Source: Candidatus Omnitrophota bacterium (GTDB lineage Bacteria; Omnitrophota; Omnitrophia; Omnitrophales; Aquincolibacteriaceae). From it: a DNA stretch of 64,000 nt. Below the pieces are notes generated by a model. The model was given only the letters and a program-made list of their open reading frames with translations, searched no databases and was not told the DNA's origin. Positions 26,341 through 36,151 of this stretch are shown here, piece by piece. The stretch spans positions 29,872 through 93,871 of the forward strand of contig JAUYMS010000012.1 in NCBI GenBank assembly GCA_030698625.1, given 5' to 3'. A program made the translations under genes and the position numbers. Every line of letters begins with the position of its first letter. Within the stretch, counting starts at the first letter, position 1.

Positions 26341-28121
26341 TGCCCGCATCGGTTTCACTGCGACGGTTCTGGTTTCTTAATCTTGTCATCGGCATTGTGT
26401 TCTGTGTCCTAACCTATCAGTTTGTTCAACTCACCGTATTACGCCAGCCCGCTCTCAAGGCCGTTGCCCAGAGGCAGCACACCTTAACCATAGACCTTCC
26501 GCCCTTTCGGGGTGCGATTCTCGACGCCCGAGGAAAGGAGCTTGCAACGAATCTCAAAGTGCCCTCCGTATATGCCGTGCCCCGTCTTCTGACCGAGGAA
26601 AACAGGAAAACTGTAGCGAGAGAAGTGAGCAACTTATTGGGAGTAGACTACGATTTTGCCCTCGAACGTCTGTCGCGCGATAAGTCATTCGTCTGGATCA
26701 GACGGCGAGTAACGCATGAGGAGGCGAAAAAGATAAGGGAATTGAAGCTGCCCTCGTTGGGAATTATTGAGGACTATCAGCGTTTTTATCCGCAGGGTGA
26801 CTTGCTGGCACAAGTCCTGGGTTTTACAAATATCGATAATGAAGGACTTGAAGGTCTCGAACTCAAATACGATCACGCCCTGCACGGCCGACCGGGAAAG
26901 CGGTATACCAAGCGAGACGCCTTGGGGCGCGAGATCAAGGCTTTTGAGATCAAGACCATTCCGGCGGTTCATGGGCACAAAGTGGTTTTGACCATTGATC
27001 AATACCTGCAGTACTTAACAGAAACGGCACTCGAAAAAGCCTATCGCGAGTGGAATGCGAAAGGCGCCATGGCTGTCCTCATGGACCCTGCAAGCGGTCG
27101 AATTCTTGCCATTGCCAATCGTCCTGGTTTTGATCTGAATCATATTGCTTCAGCGAATGCCGACAGTCGGCGAAATCGCGCAATCACCGATACTTATGAA
27201 CCGGGTTCCGTCTTCAAGATCGTTACCGCCAGCGCTGCCCTTAATGAAGGTGTTGCGAATACTGAGACAAATTTCTTCTGTGAAAATGGTGAGTATCGTT
27301 ATGGATCACGTACCTTGCATGATGTGCACCCGTACGGTGATCTCAGTTTTGCCGATGTCATAGTAAAATCAAGCAACATTGGCGCCGTGAAAATTGCCGC
27401 ACTCATGAAGCCCGACGTGTTTCAATCCTATATCGACGGTTATGGATTTGGTAAGAAAACGCAGATCGATCTCCCGGGTGAGGTTTCCGGTTTTACAAGG
27501 CCGCCGGCGCAGTGGTCAAAGACGACACCGTACAATATTCCCATGGGGCATGAGATTATGGTTACGGCGATTCAGATGACGGCCGCCATGGCGACTCTCG
27601 CTAACGGCGGGGACCGCGTCAAACCCTATATCGTCTCGCACATAGAAGATCAGTCCGGCTTTGTCATGCGGCGCAACCTGCCTCAGGTAGTCAAGCACGT
27701 AGTTCGTCCCGAGGTCGCCAAGCAAATGCGGGAAATGCTCACGAGAGTTGTCGAAGAAGGAACCGGTAAGCGTGCCCGCATCGAGGGGACTCAAGTCGGA
27801 GGAAAGACGGGAACGGCGCAGAAGGTATTGCCCGGAGGAAAGGGATATTCTCATGACAGCTTTATTTCATCTTTCGTAGGATTTGCCCCGAGTGAAAATC
27901 CGCAGCTCGCAATGGCAGTTGTTCTTGATGACCCTCACCCGAGTTACTATGGGGGAACGGTTGCCGCGCCGGTTTTTAAGGAAGTAATGGAGAGAGGACT
28001 TCTGTATTTGGGTTATATCCCCGAAGAGGCCCGGCGCCTGGAGCCTTCCAACCGGAAACCAGTGCCTCAAGCGAATCCGCCCATGTTTGTACCGGCGCAA
28101 GCTGCGGGTACAAGGATTTAG
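26304..28121 (+). CDS. ftsI: peptidoglycan D,D-transpeptidase FtsI / PBP3-like class B penicillin-binding protein
   Basis: PBP dimerisation domain plus a transpeptidase domain with SVFK, SSN and KTGT motifs. Confidence 0.85.
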   Translation: MGEGGSGEAGRLMPASVSLRRFWFLNLVIGIVFCVLTYQFVQLTVLRQPALKAVAQRQHTLTIDLPPFRGAILDARGKELATNLKVPSVYAVPRLLTEENRKTVAREVSNLLGVDYDFALERLSRDKSFVWIRRRVTHEEAKKIRELKLPSLGIIEDYQRFYPQGDLLAQVLGFTNIDNEGLEGLELKYDHALHGRPGKRYTKRDALGREIKAFEIKTIPAVHGHKVVLTIDQYLQYLTETALEKAYREWNAKGAMAVLMDPASGRILAIANRPGFDLNHIASANADSRRNRAITDTYEPGSVFKIVTASAALNEGVANTETNFFCENGEYRYGSRTLHDVHPYGDLSFADVIVKSSNIGAVKIAALMKPDVFQSYIDGYGFGKKTQIDLPGEVSGFTRPPAQWSKTTPYNIPMGHEIMVTAIQMTAAMATLANGGDRVKPYIVSHIEDQSGFVMRRNLPQVVKHVVRPEVAKQMREMLTRVVEEGTGKRARIEGTQVGGKTGTAQKVLPGGKGYSHDSFISSFVGFAPSENPQLAMAVVLDDPHPSYYGGTVAAPVFKEVMERGLLYLGYIPEEARRLEPSNRKPVPQANPPMFVPAQAAGTRI

Positions 28122-28989
28122 CTTCCGCCAGTCCCGCGGGGCAGGTGACATTGACCTCAATCAGTCGGTCCATCAAGACGTCAATGCCGACAAAATGAAG
28201 CCCCTGATTTTTTAGATAAGGGGCCATTTCTTCAACGAGCTTTTTTTCGAGACCCGTAAGCGTTGCCGGACAGTAACTCGCGCCCGCGCTCAAGTTGCCC
28301 CGGAAATCACCCTTCCCGAATCGCTTTTCATACGCAAGGAGGACTTCGCCATCAAGGATCAGAATCCGTTTGTCACCGTGAACCCCATCGCCTGTTAAAT
28401 AACGCTGCGCCATAATCGTCTGCGTCCCGTTCTGTGTCGCCTGTTTGAGCAATTCGCTTTTGTGGTTGTCGGCGCGGTGCAGGAGAAAAACTCCCTTCCC
28501 TCCCTTTTCATCAAGCGGCTTTACGACCACATCCGACTGCAGACGATCTTGAAAATCAAGTATCGTGGTTTCGGAACGGGAGACTACGGTTTCCGGCATC
28601 CAGCGGGAAAAATGGAGCGCCGACAATTTCTCGTTGTTGTTACGGATTCCGGTCGGGTGGTTCAGCACCGGCACCAGGCGGGCAACGTGGTCCAAGAGGT
28701 GCGTGAGGTACAGGTAATTGGCGTCGAACGGGGGCTCTTTGCGGATCAGGATAAGCTGAAAGTCACGAGCCTTTAGCCTCTTTCTGTCGGTAGCGTGATA
28801 TCGGAAGTCTGCATCCGGGCAGATGCGGCTCGCGTCAGCCACCACATCGGGCGTCTCATACCACACCTCATGGGTATCCGCTGCCCAGGTTGAGTGACCC
28901 CGGGCGGCCAATTCCCGCAAAAGGGTTAGCGAGGTATCCCATTTCGCATCAAGGACTTCTAGTGGATCTAAGATAAATAGACAATTCAT
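27976..28989 (-). CDS. gshB: glutathione synthetase (ATP-grasp)
   Basis: The N-terminus LFILDPLEVLDAKWDTSLTLLRELAARGH resembles GshB. ATP-grasp region. Its 3' end overlaps ftsI head-on. Confidence 0.7.
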   Translation of the reverse strand: MNCLFILDPLEVLDAKWDTSLTLLRELAARGHSTWAADTHEVWYETPDVVADASRICPDADFRYHATDRKRLKARDFQLILIRKEPPFDANYLYLTHLLDHVARLVPVLNHPTGIRNNNEKLSALHFSRWMPETVVSRSETTILDFQDRLQSDVVVKPLDEKGGKGVFLLHRADNHKSELLKQATQNGTQTIMAQRYLTGDGVHGDKRILILDGEVLLAYEKRFGKGDFRGNLSAGASYCPATLTGLEKKLVEEMAPYLKNQGLHFVGIDVLMDRLIEVNVTCPAGLAEAKSLYPQLAPVQTWADSLEALVSGWKAPGAGPLRGYNPNTEVLSPLLP

Positions 28990-29113
28990 GATTTCTCCGT
29001 TTCCAATACCCTAGACTAGCGTAAAAAGCCGATATATCAAGGAAATTAGGAGGTATTGAGTAATTTCCCAATTGGCAGTATTCTACGGCTTATGAGTGCA
29101 ACCGAGGAAAGAC

Positions 29114-30478
29114 ATGAGTAAATTGATGGGGCAGGATAAAGGGCAAGAACGGATTACTGAGGAGGATTTGGCCGGGTATTTCCAGCGGTTTGCCAAAACG
29201 CGTGAGTTTATGCGGGTGGGAGTTGAATGCGAGTTCTTCGGTGTTCGGGCCAGGGACGGCAAGGCGATCCCCTTTGATGGACCCTCAGGTATTGAGGCCA
29301 TACTGAAGTGGCTTGCCCAGAACTTTGGCTATGAAGAGGTTCTTGAGGAGAGCAGGGTGATTGCCCTTAAACGGGAGGACATTTCTGTGACCTTGGAGCC
29401 CGGCGGTCAGGTGGAGTTAAGCGGTGCGCCAGTCTGGAACGTGTTCGAAATTGAAGCGCAGATCCAAGAGTTTGTCCACGAACTGCGTGAGTCGCGCTGC
29501 CGCTTTCCTGAACTGGAGTGGCTGGCCGTAGGGATACAACCCTTCAGTCGGGCGGATGACATAGCCTGGGTTCCCAAAAAAAGATACGAGATAATGCGTG
29601 AGCATTTCCGGGAACGCGGGCCGATGTCTCACCACATGATGAAAACTACCGCGACTAATCAGGTCAATTTCGATTATCTGAGCGAAGAAAACGCCATGGC
29701 AAACCTTCGTGTTGTCTACGGGATTACGTCGATTGTTTCGGCGCTCTTTGCCAATTCCGGGTTTTCTGAAGGGCGCCCAAACGGTTATGCGACAAAACGA
29801 TTGGAAATCTGGAATCACACCGATCCCGATCGAACGGGGCTTCTATTGCGATTCCTTGAACCCGGGGCGACTTTTCAGGACTATATTGAATATCTTCTAA
29901 AGATGCCGATGATCTTTTTGGTGCGTGACCGAAGATGGATTCCCTCTGATGGGCGCAGTTTTCGTACGTTTTTGGCAGAGGGATATCAGGGGTTCTCGGC
30001 GACGCTGGCGGACTTCGAGCTTCACTTAAGCACGGCTTTCCCCGAAGCGCGGCTCAAGCAATATCTGGAAATTCGCGGCGTGGACTGCCAGAGCCCTCAT
30101 CTGATGCCGGCCGTGGCGGCGTTTTGGAAAGGGATTCTCTATGACCCCGAGACAAGCGATAAGGCCTGGAAACTCGTGGCGGATGTCCCGCTGAAAGAGC
30201 GGATCCGGGTTCATCAGAATATCCCGCGCGAGGGCTTAAAAGGGCGCATTGGCGTCCGAACTGTGTTTGAAGTTGCCCGTGAGTTGGTGGATCTCGCCTG
30301 TGCCAGCTTGGCAAAGCAGAGGACTCAGACCGAAACCCGCGACGAGTGTCGCTTTCTGGACCGCATTAGGAAGACCATTATTGCCGAAGGCAAGTCACCC
30401 GCTGAGACGATGCTGGAAAAGTGGTACGCGGATCTGGGGGAGGACCCTGCCAGATTGCTGGAGTATCTGAGAATCTAG
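29114..30478 (+). CDS. gshA: glutamate--cysteine ligase, GCS2/plant-type family (alternative start at 29096)
   Basis: RVGVECEFFGV... carboxylate-amine ligase pattern. Divergent from gshB. RBS GAGGAAAG. Confidence 0.7.
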   Translation: MSKLMGQDKGQERITEEDLAGYFQRFAKTREFMRVGVECEFFGVRARDGKAIPFDGPSGIEAILKWLAQNFGYEEVLEESRVIALKREDISVTLEPGGQVELSGAPVWNVFEIEAQIQEFVHELRESRCRFPELEWLAVGIQPFSRADDIAWVPKKRYEIMREHFRERGPMSHHMMKTTATNQVNFDYLSEENAMANLRVVYGITSIVSALFANSGFSEGRPNGYATKRLEIWNHTDPDRTGLLLRFLEPGATFQDYIEYLLKMPMIFLVRDRRWIPSDGRSFRTFLAEGYQGFSATLADFELHLSTAFPEARLKQYLEIRGVDCQSPHLMPAVAAFWKGILYDPETSDKAWKLVADVPLKERIRVHQNIPREGLKGRIGVRTVFEVARELVDLACASLAKQRTQTETRDECRFLDRIRKTIIAEGKSPAETMLEKWYADLGEDPARLLEYLRI

Positions 30479-30496
30479 GCGCTTAGAGTACGCTTC

Positions 30497-30525
30497 TTGT
30501 CGACTCTTCCATTCTCCGGTATAAT
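30497..30525 (+). promoter_or_regulatory. sigma70-like promoter of tRNA-Pro (TTGTCG, 17-nt spacer, TATAAT)
   Basis: TTGTCG at 30497-30502 and TATAAT at 30520-30525, about 33 nt before the tRNA 5' end. Confidence 0.5.
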
Positions 30526-30558
30526 CCTGCTCTTGCTCGTCATCAACCGTTTCAATAT

Positions 30559-30633
30559 CGGGATGTAGCACAGCATGGCTAGTGCGCTCGGTTCGGGTCC
30601 GAGAGGTCGCAGGTTCGAATCCTGCCATCCCGA
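30559..30633 (+). tRNA. tRNA-Pro (anticodon CGG)
   Basis: 75-nt cloverleaf: acceptor CGGGATG/CATCCCG, D-arm GCAC/GTGC, anticodon stem CTCGG/CCGAG with loop TTCGGGT, T-arm GCAGG-TTCGAAT-CCTGC. CCA is not encoded. Confidence 0.85.
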
Positions 30634-30646
30634 CTCCCATTTTCAA

Positions 30647-30674
30647 TTGCATTTTTGAGACCCGCTCATATAAT
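30647..30674 (+). promoter_or_regulatory. sigma70-like promoter for gcv operon (TTGCAT, 16-nt spacer, TATAAT)
   Basis: TTGCAT at 30647-30652 and TATAAT at 30669-30674. Confidence 0.45.
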
Positions 30675-30736
30675 GTGTCAAATAGAAGGTCCGAACCCGG
30701 GTTTTACGACCCTCCCATATTGAAAGACTACCGAGG

Positions 30737-31852
30737 TTGAACGAAATTACCGTGTCCCAGATCTGCCGATTGCCGCTCCACGACACACATGTCCGTTTGG
30801 GTGCACGTATCGGGGCGTTCGGCTCGTGGGAAGTACCGCTTTATTACACAAGCATCGTTCAGGAGCACGAAGCGGTACGCCAAAGGGCCGGTCTTTTTGA
30901 CATTTCTCATATGGGGGAATTCCGGGTAACAGGGAATGACGCCCTTGGGTTTTTGCAGGAGCTCCTGCCGCGGGATGTCGGCAAAATGGAAACGGGGCAG
31001 GCTTTGTACATGCCGTTATTAAATGAAGACGGCGGAATTATTGATGACGTCATTCTTTACCGTTTTGAGCCGGCGCATTTTCTGCTTATTGTCAATGCGG
31101 GTAATGTCGATAAGGATTGGTCCTGGGTCGAATCCAGAGCCGCCGCTCATAAAGGGGCGGCACCCGACTTTAAGATTCAAAATGCCAGCGCCGATTTCGG
31201 CTTGCTTGCCTTGCAGGGGCCCGGCAGTGCCGCAATTATTGAAAAGACACTCGGATCGACTTGGACAGATGTGGCTTATTATCACTTTCGGCCTTTTGGA
31301 GACGGCATGATTGCACGGACCGGGTACACCGGTGAAGACGGTTTTGAGATCATGGTCAAGAAAGCAGGCCTCTTGGAGATGTGGGATCGTCTTATGGCGG
31401 CCGGCCGCGCAGACGGATTGGTCCCCGCAGGTTTCGGCGCCCGCGACACCCTGCGGCTCGAAGCGGGCATGCTGCTCTATGGGCACGATATGGAGGATAC
31501 GACGAACCCGCTCGAAGCCGGAATAAGCTGGGCCGTCGATCTGAAGAAGGCATCCTTTATAGGCCGCGATGCCTTGGCGAAGCAGGCTGGCAAACCGCAG
31601 GCGAAAAAGCTGGCGGCTTTTGAGATGATTGAGCGCGCCATTCCGCGGCAGGGCTATGAGCTTCGCAAGGGTTCTCAGACGCTCGGGCATGTCACGAGCG
31701 GAACATTTTCGCCGACGCTCGCGAAGAATATCGGTATGGGGTATGTCCCTCCGTCAGAAGCCGTAGCCGGTAATGAAATTCAGGTGGTCGTCAGACAAAA
31801 ATCGATACAAGCAAAAATAGTTAAACTTCCGTTCTATAAAAGAAAGAAATAA
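30737..31852 (+). CDS. gcvT: glycine cleavage system aminomethyltransferase T protein (TTG start)
   Basis: LPLHDTHVRLGARIGAFGSWEVPLYY and a C-terminal GcvT barrel. Confidence 0.9.
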   Translation: MNEITVSQICRLPLHDTHVRLGARIGAFGSWEVPLYYTSIVQEHEAVRQRAGLFDISHMGEFRVTGNDALGFLQELLPRDVGKMETGQALYMPLLNEDGGIIDDVILYRFEPAHFLLIVNAGNVDKDWSWVESRAAAHKGAAPDFKIQNASADFGLLALQGPGSAAIIEKTLGSTWTDVAYYHFRPFGDGMIARTGYTGEDGFEIMVKKAGLLEMWDRLMAAGRADGLVPAGFGARDTLRLEAGMLLYGHDMEDTTNPLEAGISWAVDLKKASFIGRDALAKQAGKPQAKKLAAFEMIERAIPRQGYELRKGSQTLGHVTSGTFSPTLAKNIGMGYVPPSEAVAGNEIQVVVRQKSIQAKIVKLPFYKRKK

Positions 31853-31868
31853 ACGCGTTGGAGGATAC

Positions 31869-32261
31869 ATGAATTTCCCAAAAGAATTACGATATACGAA
31901 ATCTCATGAGTGGGCGCGCCGCGAAGGTGAGAAAGTTGTTTGCGGCATTACCGAGTATGCCCAGAAAGAGATTTCGGATGTGGTCTTTGTTGAGGTTCCC
32001 AAGAGGGGGCAGGCGGCAGAGCAGGCCAAAGCTGTGGCCGTTGTTGAATCCGTAAAGGCGGCATTCGATATCTATGCGCCGATGTCAGGCAAGGTGTCGC
32101 AGGTTAACGCAGACCTGGAATCGCGGCCGGAACTTGTGAATCAGGATTGCTATGGGCAGGGTTGGTTTTTCGAGATCGAGGCCAGTGACCCCTCTGAGTG
32201 GGATAAATTGATGACAGCCGAAGAGTATGAAAAAAACATTCAGAATGAAAGTGTCAAGTAG
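31869..32261 (+). CDS. gcvH: glycine cleavage system H protein
   Basis: YTKSHEWAR...VESVKAA (lipoyl-lysine). Confidence 0.9.
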   Translation: MNFPKELRYTKSHEWARREGEKVVCGITEYAQKEISDVVFVEVPKRGQAAEQAKAVAVVESVKAAFDIYAPMSGKVSQVNADLESRPELVNQDCYGQGWFFEIEASDPSEWDKLMTAEEYEKNIQNESVK

Positions 32262-33598
32262 TGCATTACCAGCCTCTATCTACGGAAGATAAACAGGCGG
32301 TTCTCGACGGCATCGGCGTCGCCGACATCAACGAACTCCTCAAGGGAGTTCCGTCCTCGTTAAGGCATCCCAAGATCAATATTCCGCCTGCTCTGAGCGA
32401 GCTCGAAGTCCAGCGCCTTCTCAGGGAACTCGGGAGCATGAATCAGTGCGTCGGGAGCAGCCTTTCTTTTCTGGGCGCCGGAAGCTACGAGCACTTTGTT
32501 CCGGCAGCCGTTGCCGAGGTAACGCGCAGAAACGAGTTCTACACGGCTTATACCCCTTATCAGGCAGAGGCATCGCAGGGCACGCTTCAGAGTATTTACG
32601 AGTACCAGAGCCTCATGACCGAGCTGACGGGGCTCGACATTTCGAATGCGTCTCACTATGACGGCGCTACGAGCATGGCCGAAGCGGCGCTCCTGGCTTT
32701 GCGCCACACTGACCGCACGCGTGTCCTTGTCTCAGAGGCGGTTCACCCGCATTACCGCGAAGTTTTAAAGACCTACCTGCGCGGGACTCCGTATGAGGTC
32801 GAAGAGTTCGGCCTGAACGCAGACAGAACTTTCAATGTTGACGATTTCAAATCAAAGTTAAACGATCAAGTCGCGGGCGCAATTTTCCAGAGCCCGAATT
32901 TCTTCGGTGTTCTGGAAGATCTAGAAGGCCTGAGCGATAAGCTGCATGGTCTGGGAGCGCTCATGATTCTCGTCGGTCACCCCTTGGCCTACGGGGCGTT
33001 GACATGTCCGGGGGAGTGGGGCGCTGACGTTGCCGTGGGCGAAGGGCAGCCGCTCGGGATCGGTCTTCAATACGGAGGTCCGTATCTGGGCTATTTTGCC
33101 GCCACGCGGTCGCTCATGCGGCGCATTCCGGGCCGTCTCTGCGGCATGACGCAAGACTCGGAGGGGCGCAGGGCCTTTACCCTCACCATTCAGGCGCGCG
33201 AACAGCACATACGGCGTGAGCGGGCGACTTCCAATATATGCACGAACCAGGCGCTCTGTGCCCTGGCCGCATGCGCGTACATGACTCTGCTCGGCAAGGA
33301 GGGCATTCGCGAAGTCTCCGAGATCAACATGGACCGCGCGTACTATCTGCGCAGCCGCATCGGCAAACTTACGGGCTTTGAAGTGGATATGAAGACGCCT
33401 ATTTTTAATGAGTTCGTCGTGAAATCAGCCAAGCCCTTTTCAAGGATCCAAGAAAAGCTTGTGAAAAAGAATATCTTTCCCGGAGTTGAGATTACGCAAT
33501 TTTACCCAAAATTTAAGAATGAATTCCTCGTATGCGCTACTGAAACAAAGACGCGCGAACAGATGGATGCCTTTGTCGAGAAGTTGGCCAAATGTTAA
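32261..33598 (+). CDS. gcvPA: glycine dehydrogenase (decarboxylating) subunit 1
   Basis: Typical GcvPA N-terminal subunit ([25 protein letters not shown]). Confidence 0.9.
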   Translation: MHYQPLSTEDKQAVLDGIGVADINELLKGVPSSLRHPKINIPPALSELEVQRLLRELGSMNQCVGSSLSFLGAGSYEHFVPAAVAEVTRRNEFYTAYTPYQAEASQGTLQSIYEYQSLMTELTGLDISNASHYDGATSMAEAALLALRHTDRTRVLVSEAVHPHYREVLKTYLRGTPYEVEEFGLNADRTFNVDDFKSKLNDQVAGAIFQSPNFFGVLEDLEGLSDKLHGLGALMILVGHPLAYGALTCPGEWGADVAVGEGQPLGIGLQYGGPYLGYFAATRSLMRRIPGRLCGMTQDSEGRRAFTLTIQAREQHIRRERATSNICTNQALCALAACAYMTLLGKEGIREVSEINMDRAYYLRSRIGKLTGFEVDMKTPIFNEFVVKSAKPFSRIQEKLVKKNIFPGVEITQFYPKFKNEFLVCATETKTREQMDAFVEKLAKC

Positions 33599-35085
33599 TT
33601 TCACCCGATGACCAGTTGAGTTTTGAGAAGAGCCGGCCCGGAAGACGGGGGGCTTCGCTTCCGGCTGACCGCTGTGCGAAAGACAAGCTGTTTGAGAAGA
33701 TCCCCGATCACTTCAAACGCCGCAGGCCGCTCCTGTTTCCGGAACTCTCCGAGCCCGAGATTGTGCGTCATTTCGTCAACCTCTCGAGAAAGAATTTTTC
33801 GATTGACACTCATTTTTACCCGCTCGGAAGCTGCACAATGAAATACAACCCGAAGGTGAACGAGTGGGCTGCCGGCCTGGACGCTTTTGCGAATCTTCAC
33901 CCGCTGCAACTCGAAAAGACAACCCAAGGCATACTCAAAGTGATGTGGGACCTCGAAGGATATCTCCGGGAAATTACCGGTATGGACCGTTTTACGCTGC
34001 AGCCGGCAGCGGGTGCTCACGGGGAGTTGACGGGCATGATGCTTGTGCGGGCCTATCATGACGCGCTCGGTCAGACGAAAAGAAAGAAAGTCCTCGTTCC
34101 TGATTCGAGTCACGGCACCAATCCGGCAAGTGCGGCGTTGCTTGGTTTTCATGTGATCGAATTAAAGTCGAATGCCCGGGGCCGCGTCGACCTCGAGACA
34201 CTCGAAAAACACCTGGACGATGAGACTGCCTGCCTCATGTTGACGAATCCGAATACCCTGGGCCTGTTTGAAGAAGAGATTATGCAGATCACCAAGCGTG
34301 TGCATGAAAAAGGCGCGCTCCTCTATTATGACGGCGCAAACCTCAACGCTTTGATGGGAATTGCCCGGCCCGGGGATATGGGCTTTGATATCGTGCATCT
34401 GAATCTTCACAAGACTTTCTCAACGCCGCACGGCGGCGGCGGGCCCGGTTCGGGACCGGTCGGTGTACGCGCGAAGCTTGTGCCGTATCTGCCTGTGCCT
34501 CTCGTGACTCAGCAGGGGCAGAATTATAAACTCGATTTCGATAATAAAAAGACCATCGGCCGCGTGAAATCGTTTTACGGCAATACGGGGATGCTGCTGC
34601 GCGCCTACGTTTACATCCGTTCCCTGGGCAGGGAAGGCTTGTTCAAGGCGAGTGAGGATGCCATTTTGAATGCCAACTACTTGAAGGAAAAACTGAAGGT
34701 CGCTTACAAGGTGGCTGTGGATGAGCCGTGCATGCACGAGTTCGTGCTTTCTTTGAAATCGGCGGGTGTTCACGCCGGCGATGTCGGAAAGAGACTGCTC
34801 GATTACGGATTTCATGCCCCGACCGTTCACTTTCCGCTCGTGGTCGAAGAGGCTCTCATGATCGAACCCACGGAAAGCGAAAGTAAGGAGACTCTGGATC
34901 TCTTCGTGAAGGCGATGATCGAGATCGCTAAGGAAATCATTGAGGAACCGGACAAAGTGCGCATGGCGCCGCATACCATGCCGATTCGCCGCCCCGACGA
35001 GGTGATGGCGGCGCGCAGGCCCATCCTTTCATATCGCGATCAGCTTCGTGAAAGGATTCTCCTGGCCGAAGGCGCGCCGACATAA
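33592..35085 (+). CDS. gcvPB: glycine dehydrogenase (decarboxylating) subunit 2
   Basis: PLP-binding [16 protein letters not shown] motif. Confidence 0.9.
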   Translation: MLISPDDQLSFEKSRPGRRGASLPADRCAKDKLFEKIPDHFKRRRPLLFPELSEPEIVRHFVNLSRKNFSIDTHFYPLGSCTMKYNPKVNEWAAGLDAFANLHPLQLEKTTQGILKVMWDLEGYLREITGMDRFTLQPAAGAHGELTGMMLVRAYHDALGQTKRKKVLVPDSSHGTNPASAALLGFHVIELKSNARGRVDLETLEKHLDDETACLMLTNPNTLGLFEEEIMQITKRVHEKGALLYYDGANLNALMGIARPGDMGFDIVHLNLHKTFSTPHGGGGPGSGPVGVRAKLVPYLPVPLVTQQGQNYKLDFDNKKTIGRVKSFYGNTGMLLRAYVYIRSLGREGLFKASEDAILNANYLKEKLKVAYKVAVDEPCMHEFVLSLKSAGVHAGDVGKRLLDYGFHAPTVHFPLVVEEALMIEPTESESKETLDLFVKAMIEIAKEIIEEPDKVRMAPHTMPIRRPDEVMAARRPILSYRDQLRERILLAEGAPT

Positions 35086-35093
35086 CGGGCTCC

Positions 35094-35768
35094 TTGATGA
35101 AAACGTGGCAGTTGCTTCCGGAAATAAGTGCATCGATGCCTTTTCAAATGGCTCTCGACGAGCTCTGCTTTCGAAGGGCCAAAAACGGATCCCTCACGGA
35201 ATCTGCCCCGCCCATCATCCGTTTCTATTTTTCGTCAGGGCCGTGGATTACGGTAGGTTATTCACAGACGGCGGGCGAGATTAATTCCGTACCTGTTTGC
35301 AAGAGGTTGACCGGAGGAGGTAGGGTGCGGCACGGTTCCGATCTTATATTTTCTCTTATTGCCCGCAAATCAGATCATGAATCCTTTACGTCCGTGCGAA
35401 TAAGCTATCTCAAGATCCATGAAGCCGTAAAGTCGGCTTTCGAGGCCTTAGGCCGGAGCCCGCGCATGTATCGCTGTGACGAAGAACTACCGCGGGGGGA
35501 AGATTGTTTTCGCTTTCCGATCGCAACCGATCTTTCTTTGAACGGCCGTAAAGTGGCCGGCGGCAGTCAGAAGCGCTCTTCGGGTTTTCTGCTCCATCAG
35601 GAGTCTATCCAGGATCTCCACGGCATTCCTTACCGTGATCTTATCCGGGAATTATCCCGTGCTTTTGAGCAGGTGTTCGCTGCGCGTTTGGTTTCAACGG
35701 ATCTTAGCCCGGAACTATTGCGCGAGGCGGAAGAATCGGCCGGGGCGCGAGAGGGGGTCGCTGTATGA
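35094..35768 (+). CDS. lipoate-protein ligase / octanoyltransferase family protein (BPL_LplA_LipB domain)
   Basis: IRFYFSSGPWITVGYSQ and GRKVAGGSQKR (catalytic Lys region). Immediately downstream of gcvH/P. Confidence 0.65.
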   Translation: MMKTWQLLPEISASMPFQMALDELCFRRAKNGSLTESAPPIIRFYFSSGPWITVGYSQTAGEINSVPVCKRLTGGGRVRHGSDLIFSLIARKSDHESFTSVRISYLKIHEAVKSAFEALGRSPRMYRCDEELPRGEDCFRFPIATDLSLNGRKVAGGSQKRSSGFLLHQESIQDLHGIPYRDLIRELSRAFEQVFAARLVSTDLSPELLREAEESAGAREGVAV

Positions 35769-36151
35769 AAGAGCTCGATAGCTTTCTCCATAAAATAGAA
35801 AAACTCATCGAAGAGAATGCTCAGTACAAGTATGAGGCCTACAGCTTTGTCCTGGCGGCGCTTCATTATGCCTCGTCGAGCCTGAAAAAACCCCGCCACA
35901 TCACGGGCAGGGAGCTCCTCGAGGGGATCAGGAAGTACTCCCTGGATCAGTTCGGCCCCTTAGCAAAAACCGTATTGAATTATTGGGGGATTCACGAAAC
36001 TGCCGATTTCGGCAAGATCGTCTTCGGGTTGGTCGACGCCGGAGTTTTGCGTAAACAGCCGGAAGATAAGATCGAAGATTTTGAGAACGTCTACAGCTTT
36101 GACGAGGCGTTTCACCAAGATTTTGAGATCGAGGACGACCCGTCAACGTGA
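35765..36151 (+). CDS. hypothetical protein
   Basis: A 128-aa ORF that overlaps both neighbours through ATGA/GTGA coupling. I recognise no domain. Confidence 0.4.
   Translation: MKELDSFLHKIEKLIEENAQYKYEAYSFVLAALHYASSSLKKPRHITGRELLEGIRKYSLDQFGPLAKTVLNYWGIHETADFGKIVFGLVDAGVLRKQPEDKIEDFENVYSFDEAFHQDFEIEDDPST

Noticed and set aside
30634-30736. Possible glycine riboswitch upstream of gcvT
   Set aside because: The leader is too short (~60 nt after the -10 box) and lacks the conserved aptamer motifs. I therefore report it only as an absence to be checked with a covariance model.
31019-31690. 223-aa minus-strand ORF
   Set aside because: It lies fully within gcvT on the opposite strand. It is Arg/Pro/Gly-rich, typical of antisense reading of GC-rich codons.
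34420-34974. 184-aa minus-strand ORF
   Set aside because: It is inside gcvPB and antisense, with no supporting signals.
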